A DNA stretch of 64,000 nt. It comes from Candidatus Cryptoclostridium obscurum. Its GTDB lineage: Bacteria; Bacillota; Dehalobacteriia; UBA7702. The position numbers and the translations under genes are program-made. The notes under the pieces are model-generated. The model searched no databases, was not told the DNA's origin, and saw only the letters and a program-made list of their open reading frames with translations. The stretch is from contig CAJFVQ010000038.1 in the NCBI GenBank assembly GCA_904420535.1, forward strand, positions 8,539-72,538, in the 5' to 3' direction. The number at the start of each line of letters is the position of its first letter. The stretch's first letter is position 1. Of the stretch, positions 1 through 7,040 are shown piece by piece.

Positions 1-1
1 C

Positions 2-286
2 GATACGGAAAAAGACTACGCTTACAACGAAGAAACTTCAGAACGAAGAGATGACAGTGAAAGTGGTTCCGAGGAAACAACTACCAGAAAAGAAATGGTA
101 TTGTTGGATGGGGATACCTCACCTGTAGTCATTGGTGAAGTGCTTCCTGAAATTGTCGGAGTGATTGTTGTTGCCGAAGGAGCCTATCAAGCCGACATTC
201 GTGAATCGCTAAGTGAAGTTGTTTCAACTTATCTTGGCATTGGAGCCAATCGAATTGAAATTACTGCAATGGAGGCGGGATCATAA
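2..286 (+). CDS. spoIIIAG: Stage III sporulation protein AG, C-terminal part (5' end lies upstream of the window)
   Basis: Frame is open from the window edge to TAA 284-286. An acidic/Ser-Thr linker precedes a C-terminal GVIVVAEGAYQADIRESLSEVVSTYLGI segment typical of SpoIIIAG. The stop overlaps the next start (ATAATG). Confidence 0.75.
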   Translation, partial: DTEKDYAYNEETSERRDDSESGSEETTTRKEMVLLDGDTSPVVIGEVLPEIVGVIVVAEGAYQADIRESLSEVVSTYLGIGANRIEITAMEAGS

Positions 287-810
287 TGCAAAAATGGAAT
301 TTTCCAAAAGGGCAGGGGAATGGCCTCAAACCATGGATGAAAGTGACACTGTTGGTGTTAGCGGTCGTGGTGTTAATCACTATTTTTGCCGTACCTCGCC
401 TGGACGAATCATCCAAAGAAGATCCGTCAGTGGAGGACGTTGCTACTGGAGTGATCTATGAACAAGACTTTTTCGCCGATTATCGGAGAAAACGGGAGAG
501 TTGGCGAAGTGATGAGGAAGATCTTTACCGCAGTATTATCAATGATGACTATATGGATGCTGCGGACAAAAGTGCGGCCTCTGCAGATTATGATCTATAT
601 CTTCGCCGTTGCGAACTGGAAGATAAAGTGGAGGAGATTTTAAAAGGTCGCGGTTATTCCGATGTTATTTTTTCTATTGAGGATAATCTTTCATTTTTAA
701 TTTTGCAAAAAGATTCTCTCTCCGAAGAAGAAAGAAATGATTTATCCGCTTTTGTAGAAGCATATGCCGGGGTAGATGGAGAAAAACTCACAATATTTAC
801 GGCAAAGTAA
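286..810 (+). CDS. spoIIIAH: Stage III sporulation protein AH-like
   Basis: 174 aa with one N-terminal TM helix (VTLLVLAVVVLITIFAV) followed by an acidic extracytoplasmic domain. It is translationally coupled directly after spoIIIAG, as the last gene of a spoIIIA operon. Confidence 0.7.
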   Translation: MQKWNFPKGQGNGLKPWMKVTLLVLAVVVLITIFAVPRLDESSKEDPSVEDVATGVIYEQDFFADYRRKRESWRSDEEDLYRSIINDDYMDAADKSAASADYDLYLRRCELEDKVEEILKGRGYSDVIFSIEDNLSFLILQKDSLSEEERNDLSAFVEAYAGVDGEKLTIFTAK

Positions 811-828
811 AAATATCCCAAAAAAGAA

Positions 829-857
829 TTGTTATTTGAGTATGATTTTGATATAAT
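829..857 (+). promoter_or_regulatory. Sigma-A-type promoter candidate for the asp23/nusB operon
   Basis: TTGTTA (829-834), 17-nt spacer, TGaTATAAT (extended -10, TATAAT 852-857). Confidence 0.5.
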
Positions 858-937
858 ATAAATAAACATTTATGATACGAATTTTAAATCCTCATAGCTA
901 TCCTTTGGGGGATATTTACAATTACGGAGGAATCGAT

Positions 938-1357
938 ATGTCTGATACGAAAAATATGAATGACGCTCTTGAAACCAAGACTCCGGTAACCAGTGTCAGG
1001 ATCGCCGATGATGTGGTATCGGTCATCGCTTCTATGGCGGCGAGCGAAGTGGAAGGCGTCGGCGGCATGACGGGTAGTCTTGCCGGAGATCTGGTGGAAA
1101 AATTGGGAAAAAAGAATTTATCCAAGGGGATCAAAGTAGATGTCACCGATACAAGTGTTGCCATTAGTCTCAGTTTGTTGATGGAGTATGGTTATAAATT
1201 GCATGAAGTTGCAAAAAATGTGCAAAAAGCAGTCAAAAACGCGGTAGAAGCCATGACAGGACTTACTGTTTCCGAGGTCAATATTATGATTCAGGGGATC
1301 GTATTTCCCCAGCCCGAAGATGGTACGGAGGAGGAAACACAGACTTCCGAATCATAA
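938..1357 (+). CDS. Asp23/Gls24 family alkaline-shock/envelope stress protein
   Basis: VRIADDVVSVIASMAASEVEGVGGM is a typical Asp23 family N-terminus. Start moved to ATG 938, preceded by GGAGG (926-930); the ORF-track start at 872 has no SD. Confidence 0.85.
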   Translation: MSDTKNMNDALETKTPVTSVRIADDVVSVIASMAASEVEGVGGMTGSLAGDLVEKLGKKNLSKGIKVDVTDTSVAISLSLLMEYGYKLHEVAKNVQKAVKNAVEAMTGLTVSEVNIMIQGIVFPQPEDGTEEETQTSES

Positions 1358-1383
1358 GATTATGATTAGTCTGTGAAGATCAG

Positions 1384-1968
1384 ATGTCTCATTTTAATAA
1401 ATTGATAAGTATGGTTTTCGGTTGTGTTCTGGTGGCTTGGGGGATTGTCAATCTGCTGGACGGTTTATTTCACAGTCGCTTGACAGTGTTGATCACCCAG
1501 ACTATCGCGGACCACGGTGCCTTGGCTTTTGGATTTGCACTGCTATTGTTGGGAGGCTGTATCATTATTTTGAATCTCGTCATCCGCCCCCAGAGGACAG
1601 TCAAAGTTCCTGGAAGTAGTTCCCAAAAAACAGTTCAAGTGGCTTTGAGCACCATAGAGTCTATGGCCAAAAATGCAGCATTAGCAGTACCGGGTGTAAG
1701 TAACGTCAATACGAAAATTAAAAATAGCCGCCGTGGATTGATCCTTGATATTAGTATCCATATGGAATATCATGATAAAATAACCGCTGTGACGGAACAG
1801 TTGCAGGACGATATCAAAACCTTGATTGAATCAGGAACAACCGTTCCGGTGCATTCGGTACAAGTGACAGTGGTAAAAGCCGCTGGAGAAAAGGATGCCG
1901 CTGGTTATCGAAGCAATCAGAAAGCGGCAACACGGCAAAATCACGGCGACAGAGAGGGAAAACAGTGA
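1384..1968 (+). CDS. Membrane-anchored Asp23-domain protein (AmaP-like anchor)
   Basis: Two N-terminal TM helices followed by an Asp23-like segment (ALSTIESMAKNAALAVPGVSNV). Sits directly downstream of asp23. Confidence 0.7.
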   Translation: MSHFNKLISMVFGCVLVAWGIVNLLDGLFHSRLTVLITQTIADHGALAFGFALLLLGGCIIILNLVIRPQRTVKVPGSSSQKTVQVALSTIESMAKNAALAVPGVSNVNTKIKNSRRGLILDISIHMEYHDKITAVTEQLQDDIKTLIESGTTVPVHSVQVTVVKAAGEKDAAGYRSNQKAATRQNHGDREGKQ

Positions 1969-2396
1969 ACAGACATCAGGCGAGAGAAACTGCCTTCCGT
2001 ATGATTTTTCAAATGGATGTTGGCAAAAATGAGTATGAAACCGCGAAAGAAACAATGTGCGAAGCGATTGCAGATGGGTACATTTCCACGGAGGATTGTC
2101 CATATATTGAAGATGTTGTCCAAGGGGTCGCAGAAAAACGCGCTGCATTGGACGATTTTATTATGGCCCATGCCAAAGGTTGGAAGTTGGAGCGTATCAA
2201 TCCTGTTGATCGTAATTTAATTCGTCTATGCCTCTATGAAATTCAATACTTGAAAGATGTACCTTTTGAAGTCGCCATAGATGAGGCTGTGGAATTGGCA
2301 AAATCTTACGGTGAAGAGGAATCGTATGCTTTTGTCAATGGGATCCTTGATAATGCGAAAACTCTTGTTGCGGATGATCAAAAAAATGAAGTTTAA
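1965..2396 (+). CDS. nusB: Transcription antitermination factor NusB
   Basis: MNRHQARETAFRMIFQMD N-terminus and the AIDEAVELAKSYG motif. GTG start overlaps the upstream stop (GTGA). Confidence 0.92.
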   Translation: MNRHQARETAFRMIFQMDVGKNEYETAKETMCEAIADGYISTEDCPYIEDVVQGVAEKRAALDDFIMAHAKGWKLERINPVDRNLIRLCLYEIQYLKDVPFEVAIDEAVELAKSYGEEESYAFVNGILDNAKTLVADDQKNEV

Positions 2397-2414
2397 CAGG
2401 AAGTAATCAAAACA

Positions 2415-3374
2415 ATGATTTTAGCCATTGATACTAGTTGTTACACGACTTCCATGGCCCTGATGGATATGGAAGGCAATCTTTTGTCCGATCAGAGGAG
2501 AGTCTTGGATGTTCCCCTAGGGGAACGTGGGTTATCCCAGTCCGAGGCTCTTTTTCAGCATCATCGAAACCTTCCTTTGCTGATAGAAAAAGTGGCACAA
2601 GATTACGATTTGCGGAATTTGGCAGCGCTCGGTGTGAGTACACGTCCTCGCCCAGTAGAGGGATCTTATATGCCTGTTTTCCTCGGAGGAGAACAAACGG
2701 CTTCTGTGATTGCCGCTTCACTACGGGTACCGTTGCACCGGTTCAGTCACCAAGAGGGGCATATGATGGCTGGTCTCTTTTCTTCAGAATTCCGACCTCA
2801 CAACGGCCATAAATTTTTTTTGGTACATTTTTCCGGCGGTACTTCAGAAATCCTTTTGGCGGAAAAACATGGCAACGGTGATTATCTTTTGACATTGTAT
2901 GCATATGGAAACGATCTCCATGCAGGTCAATTTGTCGACCGGATTGGGGTATTGCTGGGATTAAAATTTCCCACCGGCGCAGCGCTGGAACGTTTGGCCG
3001 CCCAATACCAAGGCGAAGTTCCCAAAATCAAAACCTGGGTGAAAGGAAAGGAATTTTCTTTTTCCGGTCAGGAAACCGCTATTCGGCGCCTTGTCGAAAA
3101 GGGGCTTCCCCATGGTGCGGCGGCCCGTGCCGTGGAAGAGACCATTGCCAGAACCATGATAAAAGTGTTATCCAATGCTATGGAAGAAACAGGGATCTTT
3201 GATATTTTACTGGTTGGCGGCGTGATGTCCAACCAGTTGATTGCCGATAGATTGAAACGAAAATTACCAACAGCGCGTCTTTGGTTTACGGCTTCCCGGT
3301 ATGCTTCTGATAATGCAGTGGGAATTGCGGCGATCACCAGAGAAAATTTATGCAATGAATCATATGGAAAGTGA
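2415..3374 (+). CDS. TsaD/Kae1 (peptidase M22, ASKHA fold) family paralog
   Basis: ILAIDTSCYTTS N-terminus and an HQEGH metal-binding H-x3-H motif, as in N6-threonylcarbamoyladenosine synthase family proteins. Divergent and short (319 aa). Confidence 0.75.
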   Translation: MILAIDTSCYTTSMALMDMEGNLLSDQRRVLDVPLGERGLSQSEALFQHHRNLPLLIEKVAQDYDLRNLAALGVSTRPRPVEGSYMPVFLGGEQTASVIAASLRVPLHRFSHQEGHMMAGLFSSEFRPHNGHKFFLVHFSGGTSEILLAEKHGNGDYLLTLYAYGNDLHAGQFVDRIGVLLGLKFPTGAALERLAAQYQGEVPKIKTWVKGKEFSFSGQETAIRRLVEKGLPHGAAARAVEETIARTMIKVLSNAMEETGIFDILLVGGVMSNQLIADRLKRKLPTARLWFTASRYASDNAVGIAAITRENLCNESYGK

Positions 3375-4606
3375 ATCTTGAAACAATGGCAGAACGAAAA
3401 GTTGTGACAGTAAGTCAGTTAAATTATTACATTAAAAAACGTTTTGAAAATGATGAAGCATTAAAAAACCTATGGATTGAAGGAGAAATTTCTAACTTTA
3501 AAGCACATTCCTCCGGGCATCTCTATTTCGGTTTAAAAGATGAGACCTCTTTTTTGCGGGCAGTTATGTTTCGCAGTAGTGCTTCTAAACTGAAATTTCG
3601 CCCAGAAAACGGCCAGAAAGTTATGGTCAAAGGCTCAGTATCCGTTTATGAAAGAGACGGGCAATATCAGCTTTACGTCAGTTCTATGGAAGTAGCGGGG
3701 GTCGGTGACCTCTACGTTGCCCTTGAACAACTAAAAAAGAAATTAAATGCGGAAGGACTTTTCGACCCTTCTCATAAAAAATCAATTCCGCTTTATACCC
3801 CAAAAATCGGAGTGGTGACGTCACCGACAGGGGCTGTATGGCACGATATTCAGAACGTATCAACAGCACGTTTCCCTTCGATCAGTTTATTGCTCTATCC
3901 CGCGGCAGTCCAGGGCGATGCTGCAGAATTTGAGGTGGCCGCGGGGATTGCATATTTCAACCGTCGTGACGATGTGGGGCTCATTATTGTAGGACGTGGT
4001 GGCGGCTCTATCGAAGATTTATGGGCATTCAATAGCGAAACCGTCGCCAGGGCAATTTATCGTTCTCGTTTACCGGTAATCTCTGCTGTGGGACATGAAA
4101 CAGACTATACCATTGCGGATCTTGTAGCGGACCAACGAGCGGCTACGCCTTCTCATGCCGCAGAAATGGCGGTTCCTGCTTTGAGTGATTTGAGAAAACA
4201 TTTGGCGATGCTAAATCATTCCTTGGACAGTCAAGTTAGCTTTCGGATCTCATCCTATCGCGACCGGCTGAAAAAAATTGCGGAAAGTTATATTTTCCAG
4301 CAAAAGGATCAGCTGTTCCGCAATCAGATCCAGCAAGTGGATATGTTATCCCAGCGACTGGATGCGGTATTCCAAGAATCCTATCAAGAAAAAAAGAACA
4401 ATTATCGAATTTTGGCAGAAAAACTTGCTATGCTCAGTCCCTTACACACTTTAGAGCGTGGTTACAGCATCTGTCTAAAGGACGGAAAGCTGCTTCATGA
4501 CGCTTCTGCGACCGAAAAAGGTGATTCCGTAATAGTGCAGTTATCGAAGGGACATTTAAAGTGCCGAATCGAAGAAGGAAACGAGGAAAATTATTATGAC
4601 AGATAA
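3371..4606 (+). CDS. xseA: Exodeoxyribonuclease VII large subunit
   Basis: VSQLNYYIKKRFE...LWIEGEISNFKAHSSGHLYFGLKD OB-fold N-terminus, catalytic core and coiled-coil tail. GTG start overlaps the upstream stop; ATG 3386 is an alternative start. Confidence 0.92.
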   Translation: MNLETMAERKVVTVSQLNYYIKKRFENDEALKNLWIEGEISNFKAHSSGHLYFGLKDETSFLRAVMFRSSASKLKFRPENGQKVMVKGSVSVYERDGQYQLYVSSMEVAGVGDLYVALEQLKKKLNAEGLFDPSHKKSIPLYTPKIGVVTSPTGAVWHDIQNVSTARFPSISLLLYPAAVQGDAAEFEVAAGIAYFNRRDDVGLIIVGRGGGSIEDLWAFNSETVARAIYRSRLPVISAVGHETDYTIADLVADQRAATPSHAAEMAVPALSDLRKHLAMLNHSLDSQVSFRISSYRDRLKKIAESYIFQQKDQLFRNQIQQVDMLSQRLDAVFQESYQEKKNNYRILAEKLAMLSPLHTLERGYSICLKDGKLLHDASATEKGDSVIVQLSKGHLKCRIEEGNEENYYDR

Positions 4607-4904
4607 ACAGAAGATACCCTTTGAAGATGCTGTAAAAGAATTGGAAAAAGCAGTGAAGATTATGGAGAGCGGCGATTTGGGACTCGATCAGCTGCTGGAG
4701 CAATATGAAAGGGGCATCCATCTTTTGCGCTGTTGTGAAGCGAAATTAGCGGAAGCTGAGGGAAAAATAGAGGTTCTGACCCAAAAGGAAATTAAAACAG
4801 AATGTATTGAAAAGGCGGAAGTGCAAGATGGTTCAATGCCAGAGGAGACTGAAGAAATACCTCTTCCAGAGGAACCATTGACCGACGAAAACACTCTATT
4901 TTGA
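4596..4904 (+). CDS. xseB: Exodeoxyribonuclease VII small subunit
   Basis: FEDAVKELEKAVKIMESGDLGLDQLLEQYERG is the typical XseB helix pair. Overlaps the xseA stop. Confidence 0.9.
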   Translation: MTDKQKIPFEDAVKELEKAVKIMESGDLGLDQLLEQYERGIHLLRCCEAKLAEAEGKIEVLTQKEIKTECIEKAEVQDGSMPEETEEIPLPEEPLTDENTLF

Positions 4905-4913
4905 GGTTTTGCC

Positions 4914-5789
4914 ATGGATATTCAAAAAATCTTAAGGGGAAAACAGGAACAGTTCGAAACCTATATTGCCGATTTACCTCGCATGGAATCGGGAACTTTA
5001 CGAGACGCTATGGCGTATAGTTATTTAGCACAGGGAAAAAGACTGCGTCCATCTTTATTTCTTTTGGCAGCAGAGACCTTTGGCGCTGATTCCCAAGATC
5101 TATTGCCTTTTGCCGCAGGGATTGAGATGATTCATACCTATTCTTTGATTCATGACGATTTACCGGCAATGGACAATGATGATTACCGCCGTGGTAAGCC
5201 GACGTGTCACAAAATATTTGGCGATGGTATGGCGGTTTTAGCAGGTGATGGACTTTTGACCGAGGCCTTTCAGATGATGATATCAATAAGAGATATCGTG
5301 GAGCCTGCAAGACTTTTGGGAGCGCTGGAAATGGCTGCCTCTCATAGTGGTATTCAAGGAATGGTCTATGGACAAAGTCTCGATATTGAAGGAGAGGGAA
5401 AACCCCTGACTTTAGAGGAATTAAAAACAATCCATTATTATAAAACAGGTGCGCTTTTGAGTTTTTCCATGGCGTCCGGTGCTTTATTGGCTGGTGCCAA
5501 AGAAGATGAAGTTAAGGCGATGGATTTTTATGGTCGAAAGTTTGGACTGGCTTTTCAAATAACCGATGATATTCTTGATGCTACTGGTTCTTTTGAAACT
5601 TTAGGAAAGCCCATCGGCTCTGATCAGAAAAGTCATAAAACAACTTATGTTACTTTGCTGGGGATTGAAGGAGCAAGATCTGAAGCCCGAAAAGCAATGA
5701 AAGAGGCAAAGGTGAGCATTTCAAAGATTTCCAGAGATCTGGCGGTATTTCATTCCTTGGGAAAATATGTAATAGAGCGAGACCGTTAG
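4914..5789 (+). CDS. ispA: Farnesyl/geranylgeranyl diphosphate synthase (polyprenyl synthetase)
   Basis: First Asp-rich motif LIHDDLPAMDNDDYRRG and second motif FQITDDILD. Confidence 0.93.
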   Translation: MDIQKILRGKQEQFETYIADLPRMESGTLRDAMAYSYLAQGKRLRPSLFLLAAETFGADSQDLLPFAAGIEMIHTYSLIHDDLPAMDNDDYRRGKPTCHKIFGDGMAVLAGDGLLTEAFQMMISIRDIVEPARLLGALEMAASHSGIQGMVYGQSLDIEGEGKPLTLEELKTIHYYKTGALLSFSMASGALLAGAKEDEVKAMDFYGRKFGLAFQITDDILDATGSFETLGKPIGSDQKSHKTTYVTLLGIEGARSEARKAMKEAKVSISKISRDLAVFHSLGKYVIERDR

Positions 5790-5806
5790 GTCACCCTTTT
5801 CAGCAC

Positions 5807-5835
5807 TTGAATTATTGTTTGAATTTCTGTAAAAT
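5807..5835 (+). promoter_or_regulatory. Possible dedicated promoter just upstream of the OLE RNA
   Basis: TTGAAT (5807-5812), 17-nt spacer, TAAAAT (5830-5835). The predicted start falls about 7-10 nt later, at the 5' arm of the closing helix. Confidence 0.35.
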
Positions 5836-5844
5836 ATAATATAA

Positions 5845-6420
5845 ACAGGTGATGCGGTATTCTAGTCAGCAATTCTTTGTCTGAAGGCGGGCCTAAAAAT
5901 CCGTTAAGAGCACATCGATGAAGTTTCTGGTGTTGGCTTCTTACGCCCAGTTTGGGGCTGATACTGGAAGTTAAGGTTATAGGGGAACCATCAATGGCAT
6001 GATGATCTTACCCTGTTTCCGTGGAGACCCAAAACTGTGGGGAACTTTTTTTGGTCGGAAAGGGAACTATGGCTTGGGAAGAACCTGCATTCGGATGCAC
6101 TGGGTGCAGTGTAGCTTGACTTGCGTGGTTAAGGTGGAATATCAGAACAGCTTGGATGATCACCCGGACCAAGGTTTTATCCGAGTTATGAAACCGGTAC
6201 TGCAAAAGAGTCTAAGACATCGAGGCGCTGCCGAGGAAAACTCCTAGACCGTTTATTTTATAAGGCTTAACCGGGATTAAAGTACGGACTAAGTGGCAAT
6301 CCGGTACCGTTAAGGATTTTTGAGTAAAGGGAAACCGCCCCACCGGCGACGGTGAGGTTCAAAAATGGGAAAGCCTTCCGGACCAAAGCCGTAGCGTTTA
6401 CCGGCGAAGTTGTCACCTGT
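5845..6420 (+). ncRNA. ole: OLE (ornate, large, extremophilic) RNA, about 575 nt
   Basis: 657-bp gap between ispA and the next start, with no credible ORF. Nested long-range helices: 5845-5852/6413-6420, 5886-5890/6335-6339 and 5895-5902/6314-6321. Many local hairpins, including a GNRA-capped stem at 6341-6354. The context ispA | RNA | 4-TM protein | dxs is diagnostic for OLE. Confidence 0.85.
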
Positions 6421-6446
6421 TTTATCTATATGAGAGGAACTTTATT

Positions 6447-7034
6447 TTGTCAAACAAAAAAAGTGAACATAAACGGAAGGGTGCATTGAAACACTTTTTA
6501 CTGGTGTTCCTTGGTACCCTTTTTTTAGGAGCATTGATTAGTACCGTAACTACGGCAGCAACGGAGCATATGGGGACCATGATCACTGTACTCATTGTGC
6601 TGCTGTTTGTTATTTTTATTGGAATTTTGTTTGATGGTATTGGTGTAGCGGTGGCTGTGGCAGATCCGGCTCCTTTTCATGCTCGGGCCTCGCGCCGGGG
6701 ACCGGGAGCAAAGGTCAGTTTGAAATTAATGCGTCGTGCCAGCGTTGTGGCAAATATATGCTGTGACGTTGTGGGAGATATCTGTGGTATTGTTTCCGGT
6801 GCTTTAGGAGCTACCATCGCTTTGTTATTGATCGATAAGCTGAATTTTCACGCCTTATTTGTTTCTTCTTTGGTTTCGGGAATGGTAAGCGCTTTTACAG
6901 TAGGCGGAAAGGCGCTAATGAAGACTCTGGCAATTTCAGAAGCAAATAAGATCATGAAATGGGTCGGAATTTTATTGGATTATAAGAACTGGTCTCTTTT
7001 ATGGTCCACAAAAAAGGATGGAAAAGGAGCATAA
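6447..7034 (+). CDS. oapA: OLE-associated protein A (small 4-TM membrane protein)
   Basis: 195 aa with a basic N-terminus (KKSEHKRKGALKH), about four hydrophobic helices and a DVVGD (D-x3-D) motif in a TM segment. TTG start, with GAGAGGA SD 8 nt upstream. Lies directly after OLE and before dxs. Confidence 0.8.
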   Translation: MSNKKSEHKRKGALKHFLLVFLGTLFLGALISTVTTAATEHMGTMITVLIVLLFVIFIGILFDGIGVAVAVADPAPFHARASRRGPGAKVSLKLMRRASVVANICCDVVGDICGIVSGALGATIALLLIDKLNFHALFVSSLVSGMVSAFTVGGKALMKTLAISEANKIMKWVGILLDYKNWSLLWSTKKDGKGA

Positions 7035-7040
7035 ACCGAA

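Noticed and set aside
5999-6247. ORFs of 82 aa (plus strand) and 65 aa (minus strand, 6008-6205) inside the ispA-dxs gap.
   Set aside because: Neither has a Shine-Dalgarno sequence or resembles a known family. The composition is Cys/Arg/Gly/Trp-rich, as expected for chance frames in structured G+C-rich RNA. The region is better explained by the nested helices of the OLE RNA.
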